A DNA stretch of 64,000 nt from Candidatus Obscuribacteraceae bacterium (GTDB lineage: Bacteria > Cyanobacteriota > Vampirovibrionia > Obscuribacterales > Obscuribacteraceae): NCBI GenBank assembly GCA_044226015.1, contig JBGAHS010000001.1, positions 480,001 through 544,000 of the forward strand, written 5' to 3'. How positions within the stretch are numbered: the stretch's first letter is position 1; every line of letters begins with the position of its first letter. This document shows, in pieces, positions 19,657 to 28,884 of the stretch. The translations under genes were made by a program, and so were the position numbers. The notes under the pieces were generated by a model. It was not told where the DNA came from, ran no database searches, and worked only from the letters and a program-made list of their open reading frames with translations.

Positions 19657-19800
19657 TTTCCGACTAACTTAGTGGAATCACGAAAGCTATTTACTAATGG
19701 GCTGTAGAGAGTAGCTAGTGCTTTTGAAACTTTTCTGGTTTGCCAGAAAACATCGGGTTAGTTCACGCGTAATCCCGCATTAGTACCGGAGCGAACTTCT

Positions 19801-21951
19801 ATGGCATTTAACGATATCACGGAAAGTGATAGTAAACCGTCTGCGTCTGAAAATATTGCTTTCCCCGAATTACAGCTAGATACTTTCACTCCTATACCTA
19901 CTCGAGCTGAACGTAATCCGTTTTCGTCGGACGCTCAACCGAACCGCTTATTGCCTCCAGAATTTACTGCCTTCAAAGCTGACTTTGGCAAGGCAGATTC
20001 TGCTAAGGGGGAATCCGAAAAAGGTGATTCCGGCAAGCCAACGGCTGATTCTGGCAAGCTCGAAGCTGGGAAAGTTGAATCTGCTAAGGTCGAGCCCAAC
20101 GAAGCCGCCGCCACCGCAGACAGTGGCAAGGGTAAAGAAGCGCACCCCGCCAAATCTGAGGCAGTCCTTAAGACTGATAAGGATGGCTATGTAACTGACA
20201 TTGAATATCCTGGCGGAACAAAGAGCCGTCACATTGAGCGCGACCCAAACTCACATGAAGTTCTCTCTGTTACGACAAAGACTCCGGACGCGCTCACCAC
20301 GTTGAAGCAAAAGGACGGGAAGTGGTCGCTAAGCATGCAATCGCTTGAACTTCCAGTTAACGGTAAAATTGAAGTCTCGAAGAATGGCGAAGTAGCAACC
20401 CAAGTAGGCGAAGCCGGAACTTGGAAGGTTGACCGGCTCGATGGCAGCACGATTGAAGAAAAGCAGAGCGCAGATGGCTCTCGATTGCGACTCGGCACTG
20501 ATGGAAAAGCAGAGCGATTAGTTCGTGCGGATAAATCTGTTGTTGAACGTGTATCTGAAAACAAAATTGTTGAATCTCGACCAGGACAAAAAGATGTAAC
20601 CTGGACAAAGGAAGGAGATTCTTGGAAGTCAGATTCCGAGGCTGCAGCCAGAAAGAATCTGAAATTCTCAGAGGACGGGAAATTATCGTTTACTGATAAG
20701 AGTGGGGTTAAGCATGAAATCAATTCTCGAGGAGAAGAATCACTTGAGGGTAATGGCCCGGCCAAGATTACTGCTGACAGTTTGAATCGTCCATCAGTTG
20801 TAGATCTGCCGGAAAAAACACGTAAGTATGAATACTTTGACGACAAATCAAACGACATCAAGTCAGTTACTATAATCAACAAGAAAGACAATTCGAGTAG
20901 CACCTTTACTCGAGACAGTAAAGACAGCCACAGCTGGGCTGGTACGACTTGGCGCGGCGACATTAAGGTAGGTCCTGATGGGGTTCACTCCACTCGTCCA
21001 GACAATGGTAGCGTTCCGGGTCCCGACTCGCGCTGGGATAGTGCACACCCCGATGGTAAGGTAACATCGGACATCATTGGAGCTGATGGCTCGCGTGTGT
21101 CTTACGACAAGTCTAATAATTCTGTTGTAAGTGTGCGCACCGCTGATGGTGTTAGAGCCGAACGAGTGAATCAGGATGGGAAAGAGTCGGTTCGCTACTA
21201 TAACCCACGAGTTGGCGACAGCACGACATGGTCAAAAGATGTGGATGGTTCATTCAAGTCCGATTCCGAGGCAAATAAGGAGTCGAGGAAAGACTTGAGC
21301 ATCACACCAGCCGGCGACTTGAGTTTTAAAAATGAGAAGAATCAGACCGTTGTCGAACATAAGGATGGCAGTCGCAGCATCAACTCAGCCGATGGTACTG
21401 TTATGAAGTACGGCGCCGATAAGCAGCTTCAGAGCCTCAAGCGTGGAAACACTGAAAGAGTATTTGTGCAGGGACCCAGTGGATTGTCTCAGGTTGTGGA
21501 TCGCGACCTTTCAAACAAACAAGAAAAAACCGTTTTTGATGCCAAGGATGCGGAAGCTAATAAGTGGAATTATGTTCATCTCTCAGAAAGTGGTGATTTG
21601 AGCTATCAGAAGAGTGATGGTGGCGCGGTCATCGAAAGAGCAAATGGACTTAAAGTCGAGCTCGATAAAGATGGGGATATGACCTCGGTGTCGAGTTCGA
21701 AGGAAAATCGTAGCTTCAAATATCTCGGAGAGGGTGATAAGAAAACTCTTGTGTCGATAACTGAGGGAGCTAAAGATCAGCAAAAGACGTTCACTCGAGT
21801 GATTAATCCAGATGGTTCTTTCGTCAATGAGTTTCGTGGTGACAAAGGACAAGCGTCACGCTTCGATGTCGTTCCCTGCAAAGACGGAGATTATGAGTTC
21901 ACACAGAAAGCAGGTGACAAGAAAGTCTATAGCTCATTGATTGCACGCTAA
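19801..21951 (+). CDS. beta-repeat hypothetical protein, paralog of 22405-25713 lacking its C-terminal domain
   Basis: Collinear similarity to the next gene (RHIERDP, NRPSVV, RKYEYFD, DIKSVTII, GDLSYQ, AVIER, LDKDGD, NPDG, NEFRG). Confidence 0.85.
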   Translation: MAFNDITESDSKPSASENIAFPELQLDTFTPIPTRAERNPFSSDAQPNRLLPPEFTAFKADFGKADSAKGESEKGDSGKPTADSGKLEAGKVESAKVEPNEAAATADSGKGKEAHPAKSEAVLKTDKDGYVTDIEYPGGTKSRHIERDPNSHEVLSVTTKTPDALTTLKQKDGKWSLSMQSLELPVNGKIEVSKNGEVATQVGEAGTWKVDRLDGSTIEEKQSADGSRLRLGTDGKAERLVRADKSVVERVSENKIVESRPGQKDVTWTKEGDSWKSDSEAAARKNLKFSEDGKLSFTDKSGVKHEINSRGEESLEGNGPAKITADSLNRPSVVDLPEKTRKYEYFDDKSNDIKSVTIINKKDNSSSTFTRDSKDSHSWAGTTWRGDIKVGPDGVHSTRPDNGSVPGPDSRWDSAHPDGKVTSDIIGADGSRVSYDKSNNSVVSVRTADGVRAERVNQDGKESVRYYNPRVGDSTTWSKDVDGSFKSDSEANKESRKDLSITPAGDLSFKNEKNQTVVEHKDGSRSINSADGTVMKYGADKQLQSLKRGNTERVFVQGPSGLSQVVDRDLSNKQEKTVFDAKDAEANKWNYVHLSESGDLSYQKSDGGAVIERANGLKVELDKDGDMTSVSSSKENRSFKYLGEGDKKTLVSITEGAKDQQKTFTRVINPDGSFVNEFRGDKGQASRFDVVPCKDGDYEFTQKAGDKKVYSSLIAR

Positions 21952-21976
21952 AAACGGCGAGGTTATGAGCTTAAGT

Positions 21977-22005
21977 TCCACGGGCATAATATTGCTGCCC
22001 GTGGA
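21977..22005. terminator. strong hairpin downstream of the 716-aa gene (no clear U tract)
   Basis: TCCACGGGCA-N9-TGCCCGTGGA perfect 10-bp stem. Confidence 0.45.
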
Positions 22006-22270
22006 TGACGAGAACGCTGACTTTCCTAGCGAATCAGCTTATCACTCGTTTGTGATATTGTCGGGCTGTCCGTCTCGGATTTTGCGAAGAAGTTGTCATT
22101 TACACTTTTTCGTTTACTAGTATCTGCTGAATGCAAGTTATTCGTGTTTAAGACGAATAAACAAATTTCACTGTGCTGTAACACCGTCAGGGCAAGGGTC
22201 TTCCACCAAAGACAGCTGCATATTCAGACAGTTAGGATCGGTGCTAATACGTGGTTTCCCCCCAAGCGGC

Positions 22271-22285
22271 ACAAAAATTCCACAA
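22271..22285 (+). promoter_or_regulatory. 15-bp shared upstream motif (copy 2)
   Basis: ACAAAAATTCCACAA begins 134 bp before the ATG at 22405. Confidence 0.55.
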
Positions 22286-22404
22286 ATGAAACTTACTCTA
22301 ATCTAGCTGGGCTTTGATCGCGGTTGGAATGAATGAGGATTCTTCTTGAATCTGTCTTGTACGGCTTCGTTTGTCTCTACCATCGCTAGGGTAATTTTTC
22401 AAAC

Positions 22405-25400
22405 ATGGGATACAGCTCTTTCCCCGAGAGTGATGATCCTGCTAAGAAATCAACGGCGCAGTTGGAAAATGCAGGGCTTCAGTCACCACTATTAATACCA
22501 GAGCGCAATGACGATGATTGGCGTAAATATTCGCAGGCATCGCAGAAAGCGCAAGATTTCCCTTTGCCTTTGCTTGAGGTCAAAGAAGATTTCCATAAAG
22601 GGATTCCATCCGGATTGCTCAAACTTTATGGCGACCAGAGCTTAGTACCTACATCTTTGCTGTCTGAGGATGCCAAGCCGGGTCGCAAGTCAGTTAGCAG
22701 TTTATCTGAGTTACAACCACCCTGGCTGGAAACATCTACAGCCAGCACATCTGACGCCAGACCGGCAACACCGCCGCCCATAATCGCCAATGCGTCTGGT
22801 TATGTGACGGACGTTGCTTACCCCGATGGCAAGATGCGACACATTGAGCGTGACCCGCAGACTCATGAAGCGACTCTCATTGTGACCGAAGATCGTGAAG
22901 GCAGCACCAAGTTGTCGAAGCAAGGTGGACAGTGGTTTATGGAAGTCCAGGGAATGGCGCTTCCTTTCCCAGGTAAAGTTGAAGTTTCAAAAGATGGCGA
23001 TGTTTCCATGCAGACAACCTCGAATGGCGTCTGGCGTGTGGAAAAGGCTAACGGTGATGTAACTGAAGAGAAGGAGAACGCCGACGGAGCCCGAGTTAGT
23101 TTTGATAGCAATCACAGACTTGCCAAAATTACAAGGCAAGATGGCACTTGTCTCGTTCAGCAAAATGAAAATATAATTGTCGAAGCCAGACCCGGTCGCA
23201 ACCCAATAATCTGGAGCAACAACGGTGGGGTGTGGACTTCTGATGCTGCTGATAGACCGCGCAAGAACCTTTCGCTACGAGATGATGGAACGGTCACATT
23301 TGAAGATCAGTCCGGCATAAAGCACACAGTGAATGGTCGTGGCATAGAAACTTTAGAGGGTGCTGGCTTTGGCAGAATCACACCCGATGCCTCGAATCGT
23401 CCATCTGTGGTTGAGACTGCAGACGGCAAAAGATTGCGTAAGTATGAATACTTTGATGAAAAAGGTAGCGATATAAAATCCGTCACCATCATTGACAGAG
23501 AGAAGAGCTCATCGGTCTCTTACACAAGAGACAGTGCTGACTCTAAGCAATGGAAGAGCGAGCGAGGCTCGTGGTCTGGCGAAATCAAAGTTAGCAGCGA
23601 CGGTGTTCATAGCGTGCGAGCCGCTGGATACAATCAAAATTCCGATTCTAAGTGGACCAGCTATCATCCGGATGGAAGAGAAACGACTGACTCTTTTGCT
23701 AATGATGGAGCACGTTTGTCCTACGATAAGAACAACGTTCTTGTGAGCTATCGCGGACCAGATGGTGTTCGCATCGACAAACTTGATAATCGCGTCACTC
23801 ACTATGACCCTACACACGGTGGCACCGTTACCTGGTCAAAGGGGGCAGATGGTATGTGGACATCTGACTCACCACAGTTTAAGGATGCTCGCAAAGACAT
23901 CAATATCAGCGCAAGTGGTGAATTCTCCTACGTCAACGATAAAGGTGGAAAGGTTCAAGAACATCGCGATGGCAGCAAGCAAATTGTCGATCGAGATGGC
24001 ACCAAATTAGACTTTGATAGAAACGGGGAAATCATCAGAGCAACTAAAGGTAACTTGGAGCGTACTTTCATAAGAGATTCTGCCGGCATAGTGTCCGTTA
24101 GAGATCGTAATTTGAGTTCAAAAGAAGAGAAGTCGATATTCGATCGTCGCCCTGCTGGGCAGGAAAATCGCAGCAAGATCTTCGTTGATCGCAATGGTGA
24201 CCTTAGCTATCAAAATCCTGATGGGTCGGCTGTTATCGAGCGTTCAAACATGTTGCATATCGATCTTGATAAAGATGGTGATATCAAACGTGTTGTTGGT
24301 CCTAAGTCAACTCGTGAGTTTCAGTATGTTGGAGACGGTGACACAAAGTCTCTTGCCTCAATTGTTGATACACGAAAAACTGAAAAAGGTGAGAAGACTG
24401 AATCATGGACTCGTGTTGCAAATCCAGATGGCACTTTGAGCAATGAGTTTAGAGGTGTAGATGACAAAGGCAAGGCACTGAAGTCGCGATATAGTGTTAC
24501 TCCATGTGCCGATGGTGAATATGAATATCGTCTTGCTACAGACAGGCCTGGCGAGAAAATTCATGTTGAGCGTCTGAACAGGCAAACTATCGATGGTATG
24601 CCCGAGGGAATATCCGAAGCCCGCGAACAGCTGATTTCTCAGCTAGAAGGGGTAATGGACAAGAGTCGTCTTGCCCAGAATATTCAGTTCATGAAGAACT
24701 TTGAAAAACGCATGCTCGACCAAACCGAGCTTGAGATCGCTGCTGGTATTAATCCTGCATCAGTAATGAAAGAGATGGAGCGCCAGGTTGTTGACACGTA
24801 TTACAACTGTGCACGCCTTACAGTGGGTCAGGCTCAAAGGCAGTTATATGGGCAGAAAGATCGTATTAGACTCGCTGAAAACTTGCTTTATCTGGCGGCT
24901 GATCCCACAGACATCAAGCAAGGTAACCAGGGCACTTGCTGGTGGGAGTCAAGCTGGAACATCGGTGTGTTCCAACGTAACGCTGGAGCAGGCTCGCGAT
25001 TGATTGCTGACGTTGCATTAACGGGCCAATACACTAGTACTGCAGGCAAGCTCAGGGGTGGAGCACCAAAGACCATAACTGTTCCGTATCGCTACGTAAA
25101 CTTCAGTAACCATGACAGTGGCGGAAGATGGACTCCACAAAACTCACGCAGTAGTAGTGCACGCAGCATGGTTGGCATGATGATGGACCAGATTGGTCCT
25201 CCGTTGTACGGGGCAAGAAGTTGGGGACAAAGCAATGCAGGCGACCACTCAGAAGCACGAAACATTGTTTACATGATCACCGGAAAAGACGAAATTCGTC
25301 ATGGTTCATCAGGACTTGGGCGCCATGAAAAACTTCAGCTGTTGAAGACTGGCGGATGGACTTCATCCGGTGGTGGTCACATGTGGGGCTATTCTATGCA

Positions 25401-25713
25401 CAAGGACAGAGATGGTGGCTGGGTTGTTATTCGAGACGACCAGTACCAGGGCGCCGACCGTGTAATCGCTAGAGTGAGAGACCTGCGAAGTTGGATTACA
25501 GCTGATGTCGCTGCTGACGCCCGCAAGCAATGGCGCGCTTCTAAGCCGCGTCCAGGCGAGTCTATTGATGCTTCCCCGACTTATTCGAGCTTTGCTTCGA
25601 ATAATACGTTTTCTAGCCCAAGACGGGCAGAAGATGAAGCATATGGCAATCGCATGAAGCAGATGCAGATGAATCGCCCGAAATGGACTGCTTCATCTAA
25701 CCGATTCGCTTAA
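22405..25713 (+). CDS. large beta-repeat protein with C-terminal putative papain/calpain-like cysteine protease domain
   Basis: 1102 aa; IKQGNQGTCWW resembles the calpain-type QG..G.CW motif; candidate His in GGGHMWG and Asp in VIRDDQ. Confidence 0.75.
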   Translation: MGYSSFPESDDPAKKSTAQLENAGLQSPLLIPERNDDDWRKYSQASQKAQDFPLPLLEVKEDFHKGIPSGLLKLYGDQSLVPTSLLSEDAKPGRKSVSSLSELQPPWLETSTASTSDARPATPPPIIANASGYVTDVAYPDGKMRHIERDPQTHEATLIVTEDREGSTKLSKQGGQWFMEVQGMALPFPGKVEVSKDGDVSMQTTSNGVWRVEKANGDVTEEKENADGARVSFDSNHRLAKITRQDGTCLVQQNENIIVEARPGRNPIIWSNNGGVWTSDAADRPRKNLSLRDDGTVTFEDQSGIKHTVNGRGIETLEGAGFGRITPDASNRPSVVETADGKRLRKYEYFDEKGSDIKSVTIIDREKSSSVSYTRDSADSKQWKSERGSWSGEIKVSSDGVHSVRAAGYNQNSDSKWTSYHPDGRETTDSFANDGARLSYDKNNVLVSYRGPDGVRIDKLDNRVTHYDPTHGGTVTWSKGADGMWTSDSPQFKDARKDINISASGEFSYVNDKGGKVQEHRDGSKQIVDRDGTKLDFDRNGEIIRATKGNLERTFIRDSAGIVSVRDRNLSSKEEKSIFDRRPAGQENRSKIFVDRNGDLSYQNPDGSAVIERSNMLHIDLDKDGDIKRVVGPKSTREFQYVGDGDTKSLASIVDTRKTEKGEKTESWTRVANPDGTLSNEFRGVDDKGKALKSRYSVTPCADGEYEYRLATDRPGEKIHVERLNRQTIDGMPEGISEAREQLISQLEGVMDKSRLAQNIQFMKNFEKRMLDQTELEIAAGINPASVMKEMERQVVDTYYNCARLTVGQAQRQLYGQKDRIRLAENLLYLAADPTDIKQGNQGTCWWESSWNIGVFQRNAGAGSRLIADVALTGQYTSTAGKLRGGAPKTITVPYRYVNFSNHDSGGRWTPQNSRSSSARSMVGMMMDQIGPPLYGARSWGQSNAGDHSEARNIVYMITGKDEIRHGSSGLGRHEKLQLLKTGGWTSSGGGHMWGYSMHKDRDGGWVVIRDDQYQGADRVIARVRDLRSWITADVAADARKQWRASKPRPGESIDASPTYSSFASNNTFSSPRRAEDEAYGNRMKQMQMNRPKWTASSNRFA

Positions 25714-25815
25714 CTGCCTGATCTTTCGCTCAATTCCCTCCTCCTAGATTCACCCTCCAGTCGGCTGGGCATAACTAGAGGGGCGGGGGCGCACCCGCCG
25801 GCGCTGGTTCGGGGC

Positions 25816-27276
25816 ATGGCAGAGAAGGACAAGAGCAAAGACAAAAGCAAGGACCTGATGGTCCTCTCCTGGAAATCGGATGGCGCGCTGCCGCAGTTGT
25901 GTCAGATAATATCTTTGCTTTCGCTTATCACCGTAATCGCTCAGTTCGTTGTGGGCATCATGCTGATTTTTAGCGGCGGACCCAACTGGCCTATTATCAT
26001 TTTTTCGATGGTCACTGCGATTGCTGCAAAGTTGCTTGGAAATGAGTTGAGCACGAAGAAAATCTTTATGACCAAGAACAGAATAATCTTCTCGCTTGCC
26101 TTTTTTATCGAGTTGCGAGGCAAGCTGAGCCGCAAGTGGACTGACATCGGTGCGATAGCATTGCAGGATGAGGAAGCGGAGATGCTTCCTATGGATGACG
26201 AAGAACGGCGGCAGATGGTATTTCACTTCGCCTCTGGTGGGTCGACGCGCGTTGCGCTCAGAGATTTGACAGTTGGAGATCTTGATACTCTTTTCAAAGG
26301 CAGCAAGCGCTGGGGCAGCACTGCTGTAATGGCGCCAGAGCTAATTGAATTGAGAAGGAAATTGGTTGCTGGGCCCAGCCCTACCACCAACCTTTCACTC
26401 ACGACGCTGTGGCATCGTGAGCTTGAATCGCACTTCACCACAAGCACATTTGTACCACTGTCTACTGGCACGACATTGAACAAAAATCGGTTCCGAGTGA
26501 TCTCGCAAATTGGCGCTGGTGGCATGTCAGCGATTTATCTTGCGCGATCTAGCGACAACAAAAAGGTCATTCTGAAAGAGCTTGTCGTTCACAAAACAAG
26601 CGAATCTGGAATGCAAAAAGCAAAAGAGTTATTCCAGAGAGAGAGTGGTTTGCTAGTTAAGCTGAGGCATCCGCAAATTGCGCGCGTGTATGACCATTTC
26701 GTTGAGAACGGTCGTGATTATCTAGTTTTGGAATACATTCCCGGAATGAGTTTGCGTCAACTGGTCGACCTTGAAGGTCCTCGACTTGAGGACAAGGTTC
26801 TTGATTGGGCACAAGCGATCGCTTCCATTCTTCAGTATCTCCACTCACAAACTCCACCCATTATTCACAGAGATGTTAGCCCAGAGAATCTGGTTCTCGG
26901 TGAGGATAACTTGATACATCTCATCGACTTTGGCGCTGCAAATGAGTTTGCTGCCACCGCTACTGGTACGCTCATAGGCAAGCAGTCGTACATTGCACCT
27001 GAACAGTTTCGCGGCAAACCAAAACCTGCAAGTGATATCTACTCACTTGGAGCAACGATGCACTTTCTGCTTACGGGGCAAGATCCTGAAGCTTTGTCTG
27101 TTTCATATCCAAACCAGGTGAATTCGAAAGTGTCGAAAGAGGTTTCCGATTTCATATCCTATCTTACATCTATTGATGTTGTTGAGCGCCCGCAAGCCTG
27201 TGAAGAAGTTATCAAAAAAATCGTATCCCTTCGTGCCACCGATCGCGGTGTCACTGTTTCTCTAGGTAAGAAGTGA
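25816..27276 (+). CDS. membrane-anchored Ser/Thr protein kinase
   Basis: Two N-terminal TM segments; GAGGMSAIY, ILKE, HRDVSPEN, DFG, YIAPEQ, SDIYSLG. Confidence 0.9.
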   Translation: MAEKDKSKDKSKDLMVLSWKSDGALPQLCQIISLLSLITVIAQFVVGIMLIFSGGPNWPIIIFSMVTAIAAKLLGNELSTKKIFMTKNRIIFSLAFFIELRGKLSRKWTDIGAIALQDEEAEMLPMDDEERRQMVFHFASGGSTRVALRDLTVGDLDTLFKGSKRWGSTAVMAPELIELRRKLVAGPSPTTNLSLTTLWHRELESHFTTSTFVPLSTGTTLNKNRFRVISQIGAGGMSAIYLARSSDNKKVILKELVVHKTSESGMQKAKELFQRESGLLVKLRHPQIARVYDHFVENGRDYLVLEYIPGMSLRQLVDLEGPRLEDKVLDWAQAIASILQYLHSQTPPIIHRDVSPENLVLGEDNLIHLIDFGAANEFAATATGTLIGKQSYIAPEQFRGKPKPASDIYSLGATMHFLLTGQDPEALSVSYPNQVNSKVSKEVSDFISYLTSIDVVERPQACEEVIKKIVSLRATDRGVTVSLGKK

Positions 27277-28772
27277 TGAAGGGACCTCTTGATACTTCTC
27301 TGGCATACAAGTACTTCATGTCGTATCGTTTGCTTGATGGACAGCGCTACGATGAGACAGTTGTTCCTTACAGGCCTACGAGAAGTTTTAGAAATCTGGT
27401 CAAGTTGATTGTTCGAAAGCAGAAACATCTGCAACTTTTTTTCTCGATTTTGATTGCTGCAGTATCGATGGCAATGCTTGTTCCCGGCTTCGGTGCCTAT
27501 GCTGGGCTGCTGCTGTCTGTGTTTTTGTTTGCAGCGATCACTCTTCCGCTAATTCCGGTTGTTCAATCATGGAAGCATGCTACACATGTGGGTGTAAGTC
27601 CAAAAGGAATCAGGCTCTATTCACTGCACTGGTATGGAGATAAAGTCTCTAAGCCGATTCCCTGGGAGGAAATATCGGGGCTGACTCTAGGTTGGAGACC
27701 ATCTAATTTTGGGCAGAATGACTGGATTGATATTTGGGGTAACGAGGCTGAGCCCAAAAAGGTCATGAGTTTAGCTCTCGATGGTATCGTAGCTGGTGAG
27801 CCTCGTAAACGTTTTCTTGCCGCGATTAAGCAGTTCGTGGCAGTCCAGCAAATTGACACTCCGCTGCAAGATGCCTTGAACCCGGTAAAGCTAGGAACGC
27901 ACACGCAGATGTGGCTAGATGTTTTGTCTAACAGTCCCAAGCGGCTCATTGAACATCATCTGGACAATGGGCAACTAATTTGTAACGGTCGATATAGAAT
28001 CACCGAGCAACTTGGAATAGGAGGGCAGGCTGTTGCTTATGTAGCGGACCAAATTGATGAGGCAAATAGCAAAACCGTTGTTTTGAAGGAATTTGTATTG
28101 CCCGCCGAAGCAAGTCTTCGAGTGAGTCGCAGAGCCTTTGAAGCAATCGAGCGCGAGTCTGAACTGCTTGCTCAAATTTCACATCCGCGAATTGTAGCTT
28201 TGTTAGATCTTTTCGTGGATGATCATCGCGCCTATATGGTTTTAGAGCGTGTGCCAGGACGCAACTTGCGACAACATGTGCATGAGCGAGGTATTTTCGG
28301 TGAGCCTGATGTGATAGAGCTGGCCCTTCAGATGTGCGATGTGTTGAGGCATTTGCATTCTCTTAAACCACCAGTAATTCATCGCGACTTCACTCCAGAT
28401 AACTTGATTTTTGACCCTGACACCGGAATTAAGCTCATCGATTTTAACGTTGCACAACACTATGAAGCCAGCGCGACTCGAACAGTTGTGGGCAAGCACT
28501 CATATATTCCGCCTGAGCAGTTTAGAGGCAAAGCTTGCCCCCAAAGCGATCTCTATGCTCTTGGTGCAACTATGTTCTATCTCTTAACTGGCGAAGAACC
28601 AGAACCAATTATGGTGGCACATCCGAAAAAATTGCTCCCCATGATTTCGGATAGACTTGATGCAGTTGTAGCGAAATGCACTGCTCAAGACCTTGCGGCG
28701 CGCTATCAAAACAGCGAAGAAATCGCAGCAGATTTGCTTGCATTAAAAGACAAGGGCTTAGCAGCGATCTAA
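27273..28772 (+). CDS. membrane-anchored Ser/Thr protein kinase, paralog of the preceding gene
   Basis: Two TM segments; GIGGQAVAY, VLKE, HRDFTPDN, DFN, YIPPEQ, SDLYALG; start overlaps the previous stop (GTGATG). Confidence 0.9.
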   Translation: MMKGPLDTSLAYKYFMSYRLLDGQRYDETVVPYRPTRSFRNLVKLIVRKQKHLQLFFSILIAAVSMAMLVPGFGAYAGLLLSVFLFAAITLPLIPVVQSWKHATHVGVSPKGIRLYSLHWYGDKVSKPIPWEEISGLTLGWRPSNFGQNDWIDIWGNEAEPKKVMSLALDGIVAGEPRKRFLAAIKQFVAVQQIDTPLQDALNPVKLGTHTQMWLDVLSNSPKRLIEHHLDNGQLICNGRYRITEQLGIGGQAVAYVADQIDEANSKTVVLKEFVLPAEASLRVSRRAFEAIERESELLAQISHPRIVALLDLFVDDHRAYMVLERVPGRNLRQHVHERGIFGEPDVIELALQMCDVLRHLHSLKPPVIHRDFTPDNLIFDPDTGIKLIDFNVAQHYEASATRTVVGKHSYIPPEQFRGKACPQSDLYALGATMFYLLTGEEPEPIMVAHPKKLLPMISDRLDAVVAKCTAQDLAARYQNSEEIAADLLALKDKGLAAI

Positions 28773-28884
28773 TCACACACTTTAAGCGCAGCTTGAGTTG
28801 TATCCGTGCGAGGAGATCTTGTCGAATAAATAAATCCGCTCTGCTCACAGGTGGCTTGATAATTCTCCTGACTACCGGAATCTC

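Noticed and set aside
19801..24560. RHS/YD-repeat assignment for the beta-repeat paralogs
   Set aside because: There are only sporadic YD-like dipeptides and no RHS core PxxxxDPxG motif, so the family cannot be supported.
25750..25815. GC-rich patch before the first tandem kinase
   Set aside because: No convincing structure, repeat or mobile-element end was found.
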